Positions 47,595 through 56,948 of a stretch of 64,000 nucleotides of DNA are shown piece by piece (the first letter of the stretch is position 1; each line of letters starts with the position of its first letter). Position numbers and translations under genes: made by a program. This stretch comes from Patescibacteria group bacterium (GTDB lineage Bacteria; Patescibacteriota; Patescibacteriia; Buchananbacterales; UBA6539): contig JAQTYZ010000005.1 in the NCBI GenBank assembly GCA_028688055.1, forward strand, positions 8,634 through 72,633, in the 5' to 3' direction. The notes beneath the pieces were generated by a model. That model was not told the DNA's origin and ran no database searches. It saw nothing but the letters and a program-made list of their open reading frames with translations.

Positions 47595-49031
47595 CTATTT
47601 TTCTAATAGCGCTATGGCCGTTTTAAGCCTTTGTAAGGAAACTGCTTGACCGAGCGCGTCAGCAATCTCAAACGGTCCTGGTGATGCTTTCCGGCCGGAA
47701 AGCGCGACGCGCATCGGCCAGAGCACGTCACCGGTGCCAATATTATTTTCAGTAATTTTGGCTTTAATAATTTTTTCAATTTTGGCGGCAGTCCAGTCGT
47801 CAATTTTTATTGGTTCAAGAATATCAATCAGTAATTTAAGGTTAACCATAATGTGTTGGGGCTTGGTTTTTTTCCAAATGAGCAAGCCGGGATCATAATT
47901 AGGGTTGGCAAAGAAAAAGCCGGTCGCCTCTGGCAGTTCACTAAGTTTTTTAATTCTTGGCTGTTCCGTTAAAACAATTTTTTCTAAATCAAATTTTTTA
48001 GTTTTAATATTAGCTTTCTCATAAAATGGTAACGACAACTCGGCTAATTTTTTTGGGGTTAGCAGTTTAATGTAATGACTGTTGAGCCAATCGAGTTTGG
48101 CAATATTAAAGACCGCCCCGGATTTATGGACGCGCTGGAGGTCAAAAGTTTTAGCCATTGTTGTCAGATCAAATATTTCTTCATTATCGCCAGGATTCCA
48201 GCCTAACAGCAAAACAAAATTTAAGAGTGCTTCAGGCAAATAACCCTGAGTTAAATAATCTTCAACGGCAACATCGCCTTGGCGTTTTGATAGTTTTGAT
48301 TTGTCAGGATTTAACAGCAGTGGCAAATGGGCGAACTGCGGGGAGTCCCAGCCAAAAGCTTGGTAAAGCAAAATATGTTTTGGCGTTGAAGATAGCCACT
48401 CCTCACCACGGATAACATGGCTAATACTCATTTCATGGTCATCCACAACTGAAGCCAAATGATACGTCGGAAAACCGTCCGATTTGATGATAACTTGATC
48501 ATCTAATATTTTATTATCAAAATTGACCTTGCCTCTGACAATGTCGACAAACTCCGTGTTGCCGGTTTTAGGCATTTTAAAACGAATTACATGAGGTTCC
48601 CCTTTTTTAATTCTTTCGCTACATTCGTCTGATGATAGATTTCGGCATTGACCGTCATACATCGGCGGTAATTTTCGTTGGATTTGTTGACTGCGGAGTT
48701 GTTCTAATCTTTCGGTTGTGCAAAAACAATAATAGGCCTTATCTTCTTTAATTAAAACTTCGGCCATATCACGATATTTTTTTAATCGTTCCGACTGGAT
48801 CATTGGTTGATTATCCCAATTGAGGTTAAAACGAGCCAGGACGTCTTTGAGGTTTTCAATCGCGCCCTCGACTTTTCGTGACTGGTCAGTATCTTCAATT
48901 CGGAGCATAAATTCACCGTCGTTTTGTTTGGCAAAAAGGTAATTGTATAAAGCCGTTCGAAGACCACCGACATGTAAAAAGCCGGTTGGGCTAGGGGCGA
49001 AGCGAGTTTTGATTTTGGTTGAGGTTGACAT
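47595..49031 (-). CDS. gltX: Glutamyl-tRNA synthetase
   Basis: RFAPSPTGFLHVGG, LRIEDTD, VIRGEEW, KLSKR. Confidence 0.98.
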   Translation of the reverse strand: MSTSTKIKTRFAPSPTGFLHVGGLRTALYNYLFAKQNDGEFMLRIEDTDQSRKVEGAIENLKDVLARFNLNWDNQPMIQSERLKKYRDMAEVLIKEDKAYYCFCTTERLEQLRSQQIQRKLPPMYDGQCRNLSSDECSERIKKGEPHVIRFKMPKTGNTEFVDIVRGKVNFDNKILDDQVIIKSDGFPTYHLASVVDDHEMSISHVIRGEEWLSSTPKHILLYQAFGWDSPQFAHLPLLLNPDKSKLSKRQGDVAVEDYLTQGYLPEALLNFVLLLGWNPGDNEEIFDLTTMAKTFDLQRVHKSGAVFNIAKLDWLNSHYIKLLTPKKLAELSLPFYEKANIKTKKFDLEKIVLTEQPRIKKLSELPEATGFFFANPNYDPGLLIWKKTKPQHIMVNLKLLIDILEPIKIDDWTAAKIEKIIKAKITENNIGTGDVLWPMRVALSGRKASPGPFEIADALGQAVSLQRLKTAIALLEK

Positions 49032-49082
49032 AAGGTGATTTTACACGTAAACTGCCGTCGTGGTCAAAGGAGGGCCAGCAGC

Positions 49083-49418
49083 TTGAAAAAAATCACTGGC
49101 GTTATGAGTCTAGATATTCAAAAAGCCTGGGAAAACGCACCGAGATTTAGTCCTGATGCAAATGGTTTTTTGCCTAAAGAGGCTAAGCCGCTGAGAGTGG
49201 AGGAAGAAATTTTCGGTGCCATCATTGATGCAAGTATTAGGGGCGATGGTGCAATACGAGTGCATCGTCTCGATTTTCCCGGTAAGGGCAAGCGACATAC
49301 TCAGCTAATTAGCTGGGAGCGTCACGGTGATAGCCGACTGTTTAGTTGTGTCACTGAAGAGCCTATGGCTCATAGATACCGAATAATGTTGGAGACCGGT
49401 AGTCTCGGTGACTGCTAG
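49083..49418 (+). CDS. Orphan protein (about 111 aa)
   Basis: SD AAGGAGG at 49067-49073 before an in-frame TTG; promoter TTGACA-17-TAAACT overlapping the gltX start; stop abuts the convergent wecG stop. Confidence 0.6.
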   Translation: MKKITGVMSLDIQKAWENAPRFSPDANGFLPKEAKPLRVEEEIFGAIIDASIRGDGAIRVHRLDFPGKGKRHTQLISWERHGDSRLFSCVTEEPMAHRYRIMLETGSLGDC

Positions 49419-50192
49419 CTAGCGATCTTTGTCACGATTTTTTCTGAGGCCTGCGTTAAGCAGCCTTTTTTTTATAATCAAAAAAGGAAAGACAAAAACG
49501 GCAGTGCAAATTCTGGGCCAGCGGTTTGGTTCATTGATAAGCCGAAATAGCCATTCCAGACCGATTTTTTGCATCCAGGCTGGTGCTCGTAAGATTGATC
49601 CGGAAATATAATCAAACGCTCCCCCAACTCCGATGGCCAGCCTGACTGAAGGCAAGCGGTCTAAATTATAAAAAATCCATTTTTCCTGCTTAACTTGTCC
49701 AAAGGCGACAAATAAAATTTGTGGCTTAGCAAAATTAATTTGATTAATAAGTTTTTGGTTGATTTCAGTTGGATCAATAATAACACCGCCGTCGTCAGCC
49801 CCGCTGACATTTAAATTGGGAAAATTTTCTGTTAAGACATCAGCGGCGGCTTGGGCGACACCTTCCCAGGCGCCTAATAAATACACCGAGTAATTTTTTT
49901 GTTCAGCGAGTTCAGCCAAGCTCCAAACTAAATCAACGCCGGTAACGCGTTGAAGATTTTGGCCTTGAAATTTTGCCGCTTTAATCAGACCCACGCCGTC
50001 GGCCACCGCAATATCGGAGTAGTTTAAAATTTCTTTAAAATGTGAATCATGTTCAGCAGCGACTAGAAATTCCGGATTAGCCGTGACAACGTAGTGCTGG
50101 TTTTCCGAATTGATAAAACGATCAGCTTGTTCTAGCACTTCTTGCAGGGACAGGTTATCAATCTGAACACCCAAAATTTCAACTTTTTCCAT
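49419..50192 (-). CDS. WecG/TagA/CpsF family glycosyltransferase (GT26)
   Basis: VTANPE, VADGVG, RVTGVDL, KQEKWI, GVGGAFD, RAPAWMQKIGLEWLFRL. Confidence 0.94.
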   Translation of the reverse strand: MEKVEILGVQIDNLSLQEVLEQADRFINSENQHYVVTANPEFLVAAEHDSHFKEILNYSDIAVADGVGLIKAAKFQGQNLQRVTGVDLVWSLAELAEQKNYSVYLLGAWEGVAQAAADVLTENFPNLNVSGADDGGVIIDPTEINQKLINQINFAKPQILFVAFGQVKQEKWIFYNLDRLPSVRLAIGVGGAFDYISGSILRAPAWMQKIGLEWLFRLINEPNRWPRICTAVFVFPFLIIKKRLLNAGLRKNRDKDR

Positions 50193-50328
50193 CGTGATTT
50201 AATTTAGGTGGTAAGGCACTGGCTCTAAATCGCTGAACCTTTTGTGGTCCGGTCGCTTTAAATTGGCTTTTGGACGTGAATCTTGTGACCTTTGACTTAT
50301 TGTAACGGCGCGATGAATGATCACGCAT
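50179..50328 (-). CDS. Small basic protein (49 aa, not in the ORF track)
   Basis: MRDHSSRRYNKSKVTRFTSKSQFKATGPQKVQRFRASALPPKLNHDGKS; 13 K/R and 2 D; host-type AT-rich start context; overlaps the wecG start. Confidence 0.5.
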   Translation of the reverse strand: MRDHSSRRYNKSKVTRFTSKSQFKATGPQKVQRFRASALPPKLNHDGKS

Positions 50329-50600
50329 AATTATTAAAGTTAAATGTTTTTAGGGGTCGATACCTCGATCCGTCGGTTCCTAAATCGCTACTAAACAAGT
50401 TGATTTAATTAATTAGCAGTTTAAAGTTTTTGCGGGCGGCACCAAAATTAAAATGATTGGCATTTTTTATAGTGGTTGCCTCACTCCTCGTTTGGTTTGC
50501 CGTTTCATCAATGTTTAAGACAATAAAAAACTCAGCTTGTCATAATTGAATTGTATCATCAAATAATGCTATAATCAAGATAATAATCAATATTATACCG

Positions 50601-51941
50601 ATGAAATTGAAGAGGTTTATTTTTTTGTTGTTCCTATTTTTTTCGCTTTACCCATTTGGTGCCAAAGCGGAATTTTATTTTAATCCACATTTTATTATCA
50701 GTGATGATGAAGCGACTGATTTTACTTCCCTATCACTTCAGGGTATTCAGAATTTTTTGGCTGACAATGGCAGCGCTTTAGCTAGGCTGACTTTGCCTGA
50801 TTATGAAGGTAATGACAAAACCGCCGCGGAAATAATCTGGAATGCTTCTCAAGAGAGTCGGATTAGTCCAAAATTGCTTTTAGCCACCTTGCAAAAGGAA
50901 CAGAGTTTAGTTACCTCGCCAATTCCGACGCAAAATCAGCTTAATAAGGCGATGGGTTATCGTTGTCCCGATAATGGCGTTTGTAATCCTAAGGCCTTCG
51001 GCTTTGGCAAGCAAGTTGATGCTGCAGCGTGGCAGTTTCGACAGTACTTTAATAATCCATCAGATTGGTATTTTAGGCCCAATCAGACCTATAACATTGA
51101 TGGTTTTACAATTTCACCGGCTAATCAGGCCACGGCCTCACTTTATAATTATACGCCGCACGAATCAGGTAATCGTCATTTTTGGCAGATCTGGCAGAAT
51201 TTTTGGGGCAAGGATTTTCCCGACGGTTCTTTAATTAAAGCTAGTGGCGATCCAGCGGTTTGGCTGGTTCAGTATGGCACGCGTCGGCCAATCGCTTCCT
51301 GGTCAGTTTTGCTATCTAGGTTTGATCCAAAAAAGATTGTCACTGTTAATCTGGCCGATTTAGAAAAATATGAAGTTGGCCCGGCTATTAAATTCACTAA
51401 TTATTCTTTGCTTAAGCGTCCCGACGGACAAGTGTTTTTGTTGGTTGATGATGAGTTAAGACATATCGCTTCGGAAGAAGTTTTCCGTAATATTGGTTTT
51501 AATTGGGCTGAAGTTGAGGCGGTGACAGACAGCGATTTAGCGGCTTACTTCTATGGTACAGAAATTACCTTAGAGAGTGCTTACCCGGTCGGCGCGTTGT
51601 TGCAGGATAAAATAACTGGCGGGGTTTATTTTGTAGAAAATGGCATTAAACATCCAGTCACTGCTTATGACATTATGATTGTCAATTTTAAAAATCGGGT
51701 TTTAACAACTGTTAGCACCCAAGAGTTAGATAAATACCAAACTGGCAATCCGGTACTATTTCGTGATGGTGAGTTAATTCAGGCTAATGGTGACCCGAAG
51801 GTTTATGTCATTTCCAATGGTACCAGACGCTGGATTATGACCGCTGATGCGTTTGCTAAATTTGGCTATAAATGGGATAATATTATTGTAACTTCTTCGT
51901 CAACGGTGGCATTACATCCGCTCGGCGATAATATTGAATAG
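50601..51941 (+). CDS. Secreted protein: lysozyme-like N-terminal domain plus about four CPR-type repeats
   Basis: Signal peptide; LLATLQKEQSL..AMGYRCPD..ATASLYNYTPH; repeats DGSLIKASGDPAVWLV..G.RR.I and DGELIQANGDPKVYVISNGTRRWI. Confidence 0.75.
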   Translation: MKLKRFIFLLFLFFSLYPFGAKAEFYFNPHFIISDDEATDFTSLSLQGIQNFLADNGSALARLTLPDYEGNDKTAAEIIWNASQESRISPKLLLATLQKEQSLVTSPIPTQNQLNKAMGYRCPDNGVCNPKAFGFGKQVDAAAWQFRQYFNNPSDWYFRPNQTYNIDGFTISPANQATASLYNYTPHESGNRHFWQIWQNFWGKDFPDGSLIKASGDPAVWLVQYGTRRPIASWSVLLSRFDPKKIVTVNLADLEKYEVGPAIKFTNYSLLKRPDGQVFLLVDDELRHIASEEVFRNIGFNWAEVEAVTDSDLAAYFYGTEITLESAYPVGALLQDKITGGVYFVENGIKHPVTAYDIMIVNFKNRVLTTVSTQELDKYQTGNPVLFRDGELIQANGDPKVYVISNGTRRWIMTADAFAKFGYKWDNIIVTSSSTVALHPLGDNIE

Positions 51942-51949
51942 AATTATTT

Positions 51950-52747
51950 ATGCCTTTAGTTTTTGCAGGTATTTTGCCACATCCGCCGGTGCTGATACCG
52001 GAAATTGGCAAAGACCATGTTAAAAAATTAGCTAAAACCCAAGCGGCTTTTAAAGCTTTGGAACAAGATTTGTATGCGGCAAAGCCTGATAGTATTTTAA
52101 TCATCTCGCCGCACGGCAATGTTTTGAATGACGCTTTTAATATTAATTTATGTTCAGATTATAAAGCTAATTTTAAAGACTTTGGTGATTTTGGTTTGGA
52201 ATTGAGCTTTCATAGTGATTATATGTCAATTCAACAGATCAGAGCTGCCGACGAGAGTAATGACAAAGTGCCGATTGTCCTGACCAGTGAAGAAAATATT
52301 GATCACGGTTTTTCAGTTCCTTTGTATTTTTTAACTAAACATCTTAAAAGTCTGCCGATTATTCCGGTGACCTATTCGAATTTGGATTATCAACAACATT
52401 TTGAATTTGGCGATTTTTTGTATCAACAACTGTCAAAAATAAATAAACGCTTTGCCGTGATTGCCTCGGCTGATTTGTCTCACAAATTATCAAAAACAGC
52501 ACCAGCTGGTTATTTGGCGAAAGCGAAAGATTTTGACAAAAAAATTGTTGAAATGTTGAGGAAAAAAGATGTCGATGGTTTTTTGAAGATTGATCCAGCG
52601 GCCGTCAAAGAAGCGGAAGTTTGTGGCATTCGATCAATAATAATTTTTTTGGGAATTATCAAGGAGATGAATATGAAGCCAGAATTGCTTTCCTATGAAA
52701 GTCCCTTTGGTGTCGGTTATGCAGTTTTAAGCTATAAGCCGGTTTAG
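51950..52747 (+). CDS. MEMO1/LigB-like (AmmeMemoRadiSam B-type) protein
   Basis: PHPPVLIPEIG, ISPH, DHG..VPLYFL, ASADLSH, CG, YESPFGVGY. Confidence 0.85.
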   Translation: MPLVFAGILPHPPVLIPEIGKDHVKKLAKTQAAFKALEQDLYAAKPDSILIISPHGNVLNDAFNINLCSDYKANFKDFGDFGLELSFHSDYMSIQQIRAADESNDKVPIVLTSEENIDHGFSVPLYFLTKHLKSLPIIPVTYSNLDYQQHFEFGDFLYQQLSKINKRFAVIASADLSHKLSKTAPAGYLAKAKDFDKKIVEMLRKKDVDGFLKIDPAAVKEAEVCGIRSIIIFLGIIKEMNMKPELLSYESPFGVGYAVLSYKPV

Positions 52748-52756
52748 TTGATTTGT

Positions 52757-53056
52757 TTATTTAGTCGCGGCCGCCGGGTCGTTTTTTTTGTTGCCCAAAC
52801 TGGCGACTACTTTAAAAAAATAGCGCCATGGTTCGCCGGTTTGGCAAAGCTCCTTAGTTTCGTTTAAGCATTTTTCGATGAAAATTTTGTCGTATTTTTT
52901 GCAGACTGAAAAAACTGAGTTTCTTTTTGCCGCCGGGATGCCAAGATCAGTGATCACCTTAAGAGCTAAATCTTGCCATTGATAAGCTGGGGCTTTAGCC
53001 GTTTTTTTTTGGCTTAAAATATCATTAAAATTTTGGAAGCCTTGATTGGTTGGCAT
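52757..53056 (-). CDS. Hypothetical protein (99 aa)
   Basis: Leaderless-type start (TATAAT 6 nt before ATG); PAYQWQDLAL...ETKELC..W.YFFKV. Confidence 0.75.
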   Translation of the reverse strand: MPTNQGFQNFNDILSQKKTAKAPAYQWQDLALKVITDLGIPAAKRNSVFSVCKKYDKIFIEKCLNETKELCQTGEPWRYFFKVVASLGNKKNDPAAATK

Positions 53057-53107
53057 AGCTTGATTATATCAGAACCAAGAGTATAAAAAAAAGAGCTGAT
53101 TGGTATA

Positions 53108-53251
53108 TTACAGCTCCCAGGTGTTGACATCAAAGTCTTCGATGTCATTGGTTAGGCAGAGGAGGACTATAAAGCATAAGCCTCCAACAGTCACAACTAG
53201 CCCAATTAGGGCCAATACGACAACGATGGCGATTCCGAGATAGTACAACAT
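53108..53251 (-). CDS. Orphan small TM protein (47 aa, not in the ORF track)
   Basis: MLYYLGIAIVVVLALIGLVVTVGGLCFIVLLCLTNDIEDFDVNTWEL; ATG directly follows the TAG of the upstream ORF; SD AAGGAG; terminator GAGCTG/CAGCTC plus T-run. Confidence 0.6.
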   Translation of the reverse strand: MLYYLGIAIVVVLALIGLVVTVGGLCFIVLLCLTNDIEDFDVNTWEL

Positions 53252-53443
53252 CTATGACTTCTCCTTGGCACCACGTGCCATGGCTACCGCCGTTAGGATG
53301 TAACAAAACGGCAGTAAGATGACGTCTTTAAGTAAGGAACGCCAACCTCGCCACTCCACCCAAATTCCGATCGCTAGACGCAGGCCGATGGCCAGATAAA
53401 ACAGAATGCCCGCGGCAAAAAATTCAAGTGCGGCAACGATCAT
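53252..53443 (-). CDS. Orphan small 2-TM protein (63 aa)
   Basis: SD GGGAGG, promoter TTGACA-17-TAAATT. Confidence 0.6.
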   Translation of the reverse strand: MIVAALEFFAAGILFYLAIGLRLAIGIWVEWRGWRSLLKDVILLPFCYILTAVAMARGAKEKS

Positions 53444-53642
53444 GTCGAGCCCTCCCTCATGTAGTTAACGATATTATTGGTAATTTATCTTAAATTGTTG
53501 GTACTGTCAATTTATCCCCAAGCGGTAATAGCTTTTACTTTTGACAATTTCTACCAGTGCGGTATAATTATTGTTTCCAGAACAATTATCCCTCCAAGCG
53601 GTTGGAGGTTTTTCATTTTTTTAGTCAAATAAAAATAAAAAT

Positions 53643-53780
53643 ATGCCCCAAAATTTTGATTCCTTGGTTGATGAGCTGAAGCATTGTTTGACCCTGCAAC
53701 TGGAAGCTTATCAAAAAAAAGATTGGCATAGTTATCGCCAACTTGAGCGTAAAATCCTGGAAATTGAACAATCCATCTAG
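53643..53780 (+). CDS. Small helical protein (45 aa, not in the ORF track)
   Basis: MPQNFDSLVDELKHCLTLQLEAYQKKDWHSYRQLERKILEIEQSI; host-type AAAAATATG context. Confidence 0.55.
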   Translation: MPQNFDSLVDELKHCLTLQLEAYQKKDWHSYRQLERKILEIEQSI

Positions 53781-53818
53781 TTGACTTATTTAGTGTGATA
53801 TAATATAATAAGCAACTT

Positions 53819-54316
53819 ATGGCATTATTAACACTAAAAATTTATCCCGAGCCGATTTTGCGCTCCCAGGCCAAAACATTGACTACTGAAGAGTTGCGAA
53901 GCCAAGAAATTCAGCAACTCATTTTGGATATGGGCCAGACTATGCAGCAAGCCGATGGTGTTGGTTTGGCGGCGCCGCAAGTTGGCAAGTCGATCAGTCT
54001 GGCGGTTATTAATACGGAAGACGGTAATTTAGTTCTGATTAATCCGAAGATTAGTTATAAATCATGGCGTCAGGAGTTGGGTGAAGAAGGTTGTTTGAGT
54101 ATTCCCAAAGTATTTGGTCTGGTTAAGCGTTCAATAAAAATCAAAATAACGGCCCTTGATCAAACCGGCAAAAAAATTAAATTTACGGCCACGGGTATGT
54201 TCGCCCGTGTCATTCAACATGAAATTGACCACCTTAACGGCGTGCTGTTTATTGATAAGGCTAAGGAAATTAGCAGTGGCCAAGAAATCCTAAAGACCAT
54301 GCAAAAACAAAAATAA
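53819..54316 (+). CDS. def: Peptide deformylase
   Basis: GVGLAAPQVG, EGCLS, QHEIDHLNG. Confidence 0.98.
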   Translation: MALLTLKIYPEPILRSQAKTLTTEELRSQEIQQLILDMGQTMQQADGVGLAAPQVGKSISLAVINTEDGNLVLINPKISYKSWRQELGEEGCLSIPKVFGLVKRSIKIKITALDQTGKKIKFTATGMFARVIQHEIDHLNGVLFIDKAKEISSGQEILKTMQKQK

Positions 54317-54317
54317 T

Positions 54318-55250
54318 ATGAGCGTTGAGCCTAAAATTATTTTTTTGGGTACACCCGATTTTGCTTTGCCAACCTTACGGCTCCTAATTGAAAATAACTT
54401 AAAACCGGAAATTGTTATCACTCAACCTGATAAGCCAGCCGGTCGCGGTTATAAAATGTCTCCCCCGCCGGTCAAGGAGTTGGCGACGGAAGTTGGTATT
54501 AAGGTTATTCAGCCAAATAGTCGGCAAGATTTAACGGAATTTTTTAAGCAAAATAGTTTCGATCTTGCCGTTTTAGTCGCCTACGGCATGATCATTCCTA
54601 ATGCTGTTTTGGCCGCATCAAAATGCGGTTTTTTAAATCTTCACCCTTCACTGCTGCCAAAATACCGCGGTTCCTCGCCTATTCAGGCCGCTATTTTAAA
54701 CGGTGATAAAGTTAGTGGCGTCTCTATTATAAAATTAACCGCTAAAATGGATGCCGGTCCAATCTTGGCTCAGCAAGAAGTTCAAATTTTAGCCGCGGAC
54801 ACCGCCGAGCTTTTATTTGGAAAAATGGCTAAAGTCGGTGCGGAATTAATGGTTAGGACAGTTAACCAATGTTTAAGCGGTCAAGGACTGGAAACGATTC
54901 AAGATGAGACGCAGGCAAGTTATACCGATAAAATAAATAAAGAAGCTGGACACGTTAATTGGACAAAGTCCGCTTCGGAAATTTATCGTCAATTTCGAGC
55001 TTTTTCTCCTTGGCCGGGTCTATACACTTTTTTTGGCGGTAAGCGGCTAAGAATCTTAAATTTGAGGGTTATAGAGGATGCTGGTGATCGAGCGCCAGGT
55101 TTAACTTTTAGCGTTGGCAACGGTTTTGGGGTGGCCTGTGGCCACGGTGGAGTTGAGCTTACCAAAATTCAACCGGAGGGCAAAAAACCAATGGACAGTC
55201 ACGAATTTATTTTGGGTAATCGAGAAGTTTTGGGTCAAATTTTAAAATAG
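54318..55250 (+). CDS. fmt: Methionyl-tRNA formyltransferase
   Basis: FLGTPDFA, TQPDKPAGRG, NLHPSLLPKYRGSSPI, MDAGPI. Confidence 0.97.
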   Translation: MSVEPKIIFLGTPDFALPTLRLLIENNLKPEIVITQPDKPAGRGYKMSPPPVKELATEVGIKVIQPNSRQDLTEFFKQNSFDLAVLVAYGMIIPNAVLAASKCGFLNLHPSLLPKYRGSSPIQAAILNGDKVSGVSIIKLTAKMDAGPILAQQEVQILAADTAELLFGKMAKVGAELMVRTVNQCLSGQGLETIQDETQASYTDKINKEAGHVNWTKSASEIYRQFRAFSPWPGLYTFFGGKRLRILNLRVIEDAGDRAPGLTFSVGNGFGVACGHGGVELTKIQPEGKKPMDSHEFILGNREVLGQILK

Positions 55251-55269
55251 AGTAGCTAAAAAAATCGCC

Positions 55270-56751
55270 TTAGCTTAAGCGGTTTTTTTGGTTGGTAAAT
55301 ATGGCCGATGATAGCAGAACAAAACTGATACCAAGTGGGTGGTTTAAATATGGTGAAAAAATATTAGTGACTGTCAGGGCGACTAAAGCCGAAATAAAAC
55401 CAATGGCAATTATTTTATTTTCGTGGTCGGGTTTTAAGGCTTTACTGATGATTGCCACGATCAAAAAAAGATAAGCGGCTAGGCCCAAGAAGCCAATTTT
55501 TAACCAAATATCCAGATAACCCCACTCAAAAGCGTAGGTGGTGAATTTGCCGTCAGGGTTAGTCTGTCGAATTCTGGGGTCGTCGCTTTGGTAAGTCAAC
55601 TCTTTACCAAAGCCAAAGCCAAAAATTGGCTGTTGGGTAATGGCGTTGGCCAACGGTTTTAACTCATTGAGTCGAGTCAACCCGGCGGGTTCAGCCGGCA
55701 GGTTGCTGAATCTTTGCGTTAAAGGATTAGCGCTGAAATTGCCAGAAATTATCTGCAGTAAAAAAATTTGGCTGATGATAACAATGATGGTGGTGAGTAA
55801 AATGACAATTATTTTTTTTAGACTTAATTTAATAATGACTTTGGCCAAAATAATTAACAATAAAAAAGCGGCCATAGCACCCAGCCAAAAACTCCGCGAC
55901 TGGCTGATTATTAAACTAAAGGACATTAAATACACGTAACCAAATGATAATAAAATTGTATTTTTGGTTTGGGCATTCTTTTTGGCAAAAAATACCAGTC
56001 CCAGAACAATAAATAGACCAATTAAGATGTAAATTTGCGACTGGAAAAAGATTCGAAAAACGCTGCCGGAAACGTAGGTAATCTCGCCGACGCCGGTCGC
56101 ACGGATCCAACGATATATCGTTCCGCCAAGGCTGGTAAAATTGTGGGCGAAGAGGATTAATAAAATAACGGTTTTTAGCGCTAAAGTAACGGTGCCGGCG
56201 GTAATGACCGCCAGCATGTTCGAAATTAATTTTTCATTGTAATCAAGATAAAAAAATACGCCCAGTAACGTCAAAAAAAGCCAGGCGTTGGCGTCATAAT
56301 AAACTAGGCTCGGGCTAAAATGGCGGCTGCCATTAAAAATACCAACGGCCATGGCGATAAATAGTAGCAGATAGGCGGTTGAAATTAGGCGGTTAGTAGC
56401 TAGCAGTGAACGGACATTGTTAAAATTTTTCGTTGACCAAAGTTTGACGATGATCAAAATCAGCCAGGCTAACAGGGTAATACTGAAAAGCGCTATCCGG
56501 ATGGAAACAAGGTGCCCAAAAATTTCAGTTGAAAAAAGATAACCTTTGCCGCCGATAACCAGCTCACCTAAAACAATTAGTAAACCATATTCCAGTTTTT
56601 TAAAAGCCGCGGTGGCGGTGGTAATAATAATAACGATAAAAAGTAGCGGCCCAAGGGCTGGGATTAAATAACTAAGTAATGAAAACAGCTCAGCTAAAAT
56701 GATGAGCAGTGCTGTTAGTTGAAAGGTTTTGCCAAATAAGGTCTGGCTCAT
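55270..56751 (-). CDS. O-antigen ligase/Wzy-like membrane protein
   Basis: Multi-TM, SQSRSFW, PIFGFGFG, YLDIWLKIG; start moved to MSQTLF. Confidence 0.8.
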   Translation of the reverse strand: MSQTLFGKTFQLTALLIILAELFSLLSYLIPALGPLLFIVIIITTATAAFKKLEYGLLIVLGELVIGGKGYLFSTEIFGHLVSIRIALFSITLLAWLILIIVKLWSTKNFNNVRSLLATNRLISTAYLLLFIAMAVGIFNGSRHFSPSLVYYDANAWLFLTLLGVFFYLDYNEKLISNMLAVITAGTVTLALKTVILLILFAHNFTSLGGTIYRWIRATGVGEITYVSGSVFRIFFQSQIYILIGLFIVLGLVFFAKKNAQTKNTILLSFGYVYLMSFSLIISQSRSFWLGAMAAFLLLIILAKVIIKLSLKKIIVILLTTIIVIISQIFLLQIISGNFSANPLTQRFSNLPAEPAGLTRLNELKPLANAITQQPIFGFGFGKELTYQSDDPRIRQTNPDGKFTTYAFEWGYLDIWLKIGFLGLAAYLFLIVAIISKALKPDHENKIIAIGFISALVALTVTNIFSPYLNHPLGISFVLLSSAIFTNQKNRLS

Positions 56752-56775
56752 AGTTACAGTATACCGCAAAAAGAC

Positions 56776-56802
56776 AAAAAAAAGAGGCTCCGCCGGACCT
56801 CT
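56776..56802 (-). terminator. Terminator of the GC-rich unit
   Basis: Minus AGAGG-TCC-ggc-GGA-g-CCTCT followed by a T-run. Confidence 0.7.
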
Positions 56803-56948
56803 CATAATGTTACTGAAAAGGCTTTGGCGGAGCCACCGTTAATGCGCGATCCAGGAGATTCTCCGGATCGGAAGTCTTGGGGGGGGGGTAGGGCTTTATG
56901 CCCTACTTGATACTGCTGGCCTTAAGCCGCTTTACACCTGTGCGTGGG

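Noticed and set aside
50405-50470. tmRNA tag-like frame ANHFNFGAARKNFKLLIN on the minus strand
   Set aside because: There are no tRNA-like acceptor or T-arm sequences and the tag does not end in Ala-Ala.
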